DNA of 16,932 nt from Bdellovibrionia bacterium (GTDB lineage Bacteria; Bdellovibrionota; UBA1018). This document shows, piece after piece, positions 16,194 through 16,932 of the stretch. Location: contig JBJMMA010000211.1 of the NCBI GenBank assembly GCA_045805065.1, positions 1 to 16,932 of the forward strand, given 5' to 3'. Position 1 is the stretch's first letter. Each line of letters begins with the position of its first letter. A program made the position numbers and the translations under genes. The notes under the pieces were generated by a model that worked only from the letters and a program-made list of their open reading frames with translations, was not told where the DNA came from and searched no databases.

Positions 16194-16931
16194 TCAGTAA
16201 GCACACTGACCCGAAACAACTGCATTGCAGATGTGATCTGGATCACCAGCGAAATCGATCTCACAACGAGCATAATCCGTCTTGATCGAAGACTCGATCA
16301 GTCTTCCCTTCATGACGGAGCACATGCCGCGAAGATTTTCGGTTGCAGACTTCACAGCGCATCCCTTGCCAAAACCCGTTAAGGTCGAGGTCATGCTTCC
16401 GCAGGCCTCAGAGGTCACGGCATGGATTCGCTTCGTATTTTTATACACCGCCAGTGGAATCAAGGACGCGCTCTCGACAAGCCATTTCTGGCCATCGGAG
16501 CTTGACAAGCGAACCAATGGGGTTGCCATACCGAAAGTCAGATCATGGGGTTCAGGGATGACTGGAAAACCCATCACGCGGTCCGTAATCTGCGTGACCT
16601 TGTAGTCACGTCCATCCAGGCGAAAAACATCACCCTCGCAGAACTTTGAATCCGCGGTATCATAGGCCTGAAGACATTTTCCTTCGTCTGACACGATGAT
16701 TTGATCGCGATCGGACATAGTGTCGCAAGCCGCGTATCCATCAAATTTCTTCTTACACTCGGCCAGCGTGAGCGATTTTGGGTCATGTTCCACATCCCAA
16801 TCTTTATAGAGAGAGACTTGAAGGCCTGGGCGGAACTCAATCAGCGAATCCGCCTTTTTTGCAAAATATCCTTCGCCTGCGTAAGCCGAAGATGCAGTCA
16901 AAATCAGAGCTAATGCGAATGCGGATTTCAT
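16194..16931 (-). CDS. secreted Cys-rich hypothetical protein (245 aa)
   Basis: Sec signal peptide MKSAFALALILTASSAYA|G and 10 Cys. Its stop codon abuts the convergent arfB stop. The upstream region lies outside the window. Confidence 0.85.
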   Translation of the reverse strand: MKSAFALALILTASSAYAGEGYFAKKADSLIEFRPGLQVSLYKDWDVEHDPKSLTLAECKKKFDGYAACDTMSDRDQIIVSDEGKCLQAYDTADSKFCEGDVFRLDGRDYKVTQITDRVMGFPVIPEPHDLTFGMATPLVRLSSSDGQKWLVESASLIPLAVYKNTKRIHAVTSEACGSMTSTLTGFGKGCAVKSATENLRGMCSVMKGRLIESSIKTDYARCEIDFAGDPDHICNAVVSGQCAY

Positions 16932-16932
16932 A

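Noticed and set aside
1..16932. CRISPR array, tRNA/rRNA, IS element, prophage or defence genes
   Set aside because: No spaced repeats, cloverleaf, terminal inverted repeats or relevant protein motifs were seen, and intergenic spaces are all under about 200 nt.

Overview
Bacterial chromosomal DNA of moderate GC, mostly core genes. A tightly coupled minus-strand de novo purine operon (purF-purC-purD-purN-purL-purQ-purH-purM, 492..11708) dominates the window. It runs with no gap into an ORF the supplied track missed (ATG at 491, open to the left edge), whose N-terminus resembles AddB/RexB. PurL carries two N-terminal PurS-like repeats, so no separate purS is needed. PurC is an unusually long (417 aa) divergent type, and purE/purK/purB are absent. 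Divergent from purF is a 74-aa FGKYxG-motif gene that overlaps convergent dapF. To the right are an 859-aa secreted Gln-rich, 24-Cys coiled-coil protein preceded by a sigma28 (FliA)-like promoter, the ribosome-rescue gene arfB, and a 245-aa secreted 10-Cys protein. The gene style suggests Bdellovibrionota or a related lineage, but this is inference only. I found no mobile element, CRISPR array, tRNA/rRNA or recognisable riboswitch, and no convincing wholly new system. The best leads are the sigma28-linked secreted protein, the hidden AddB-like gene and the small FGKY protein.
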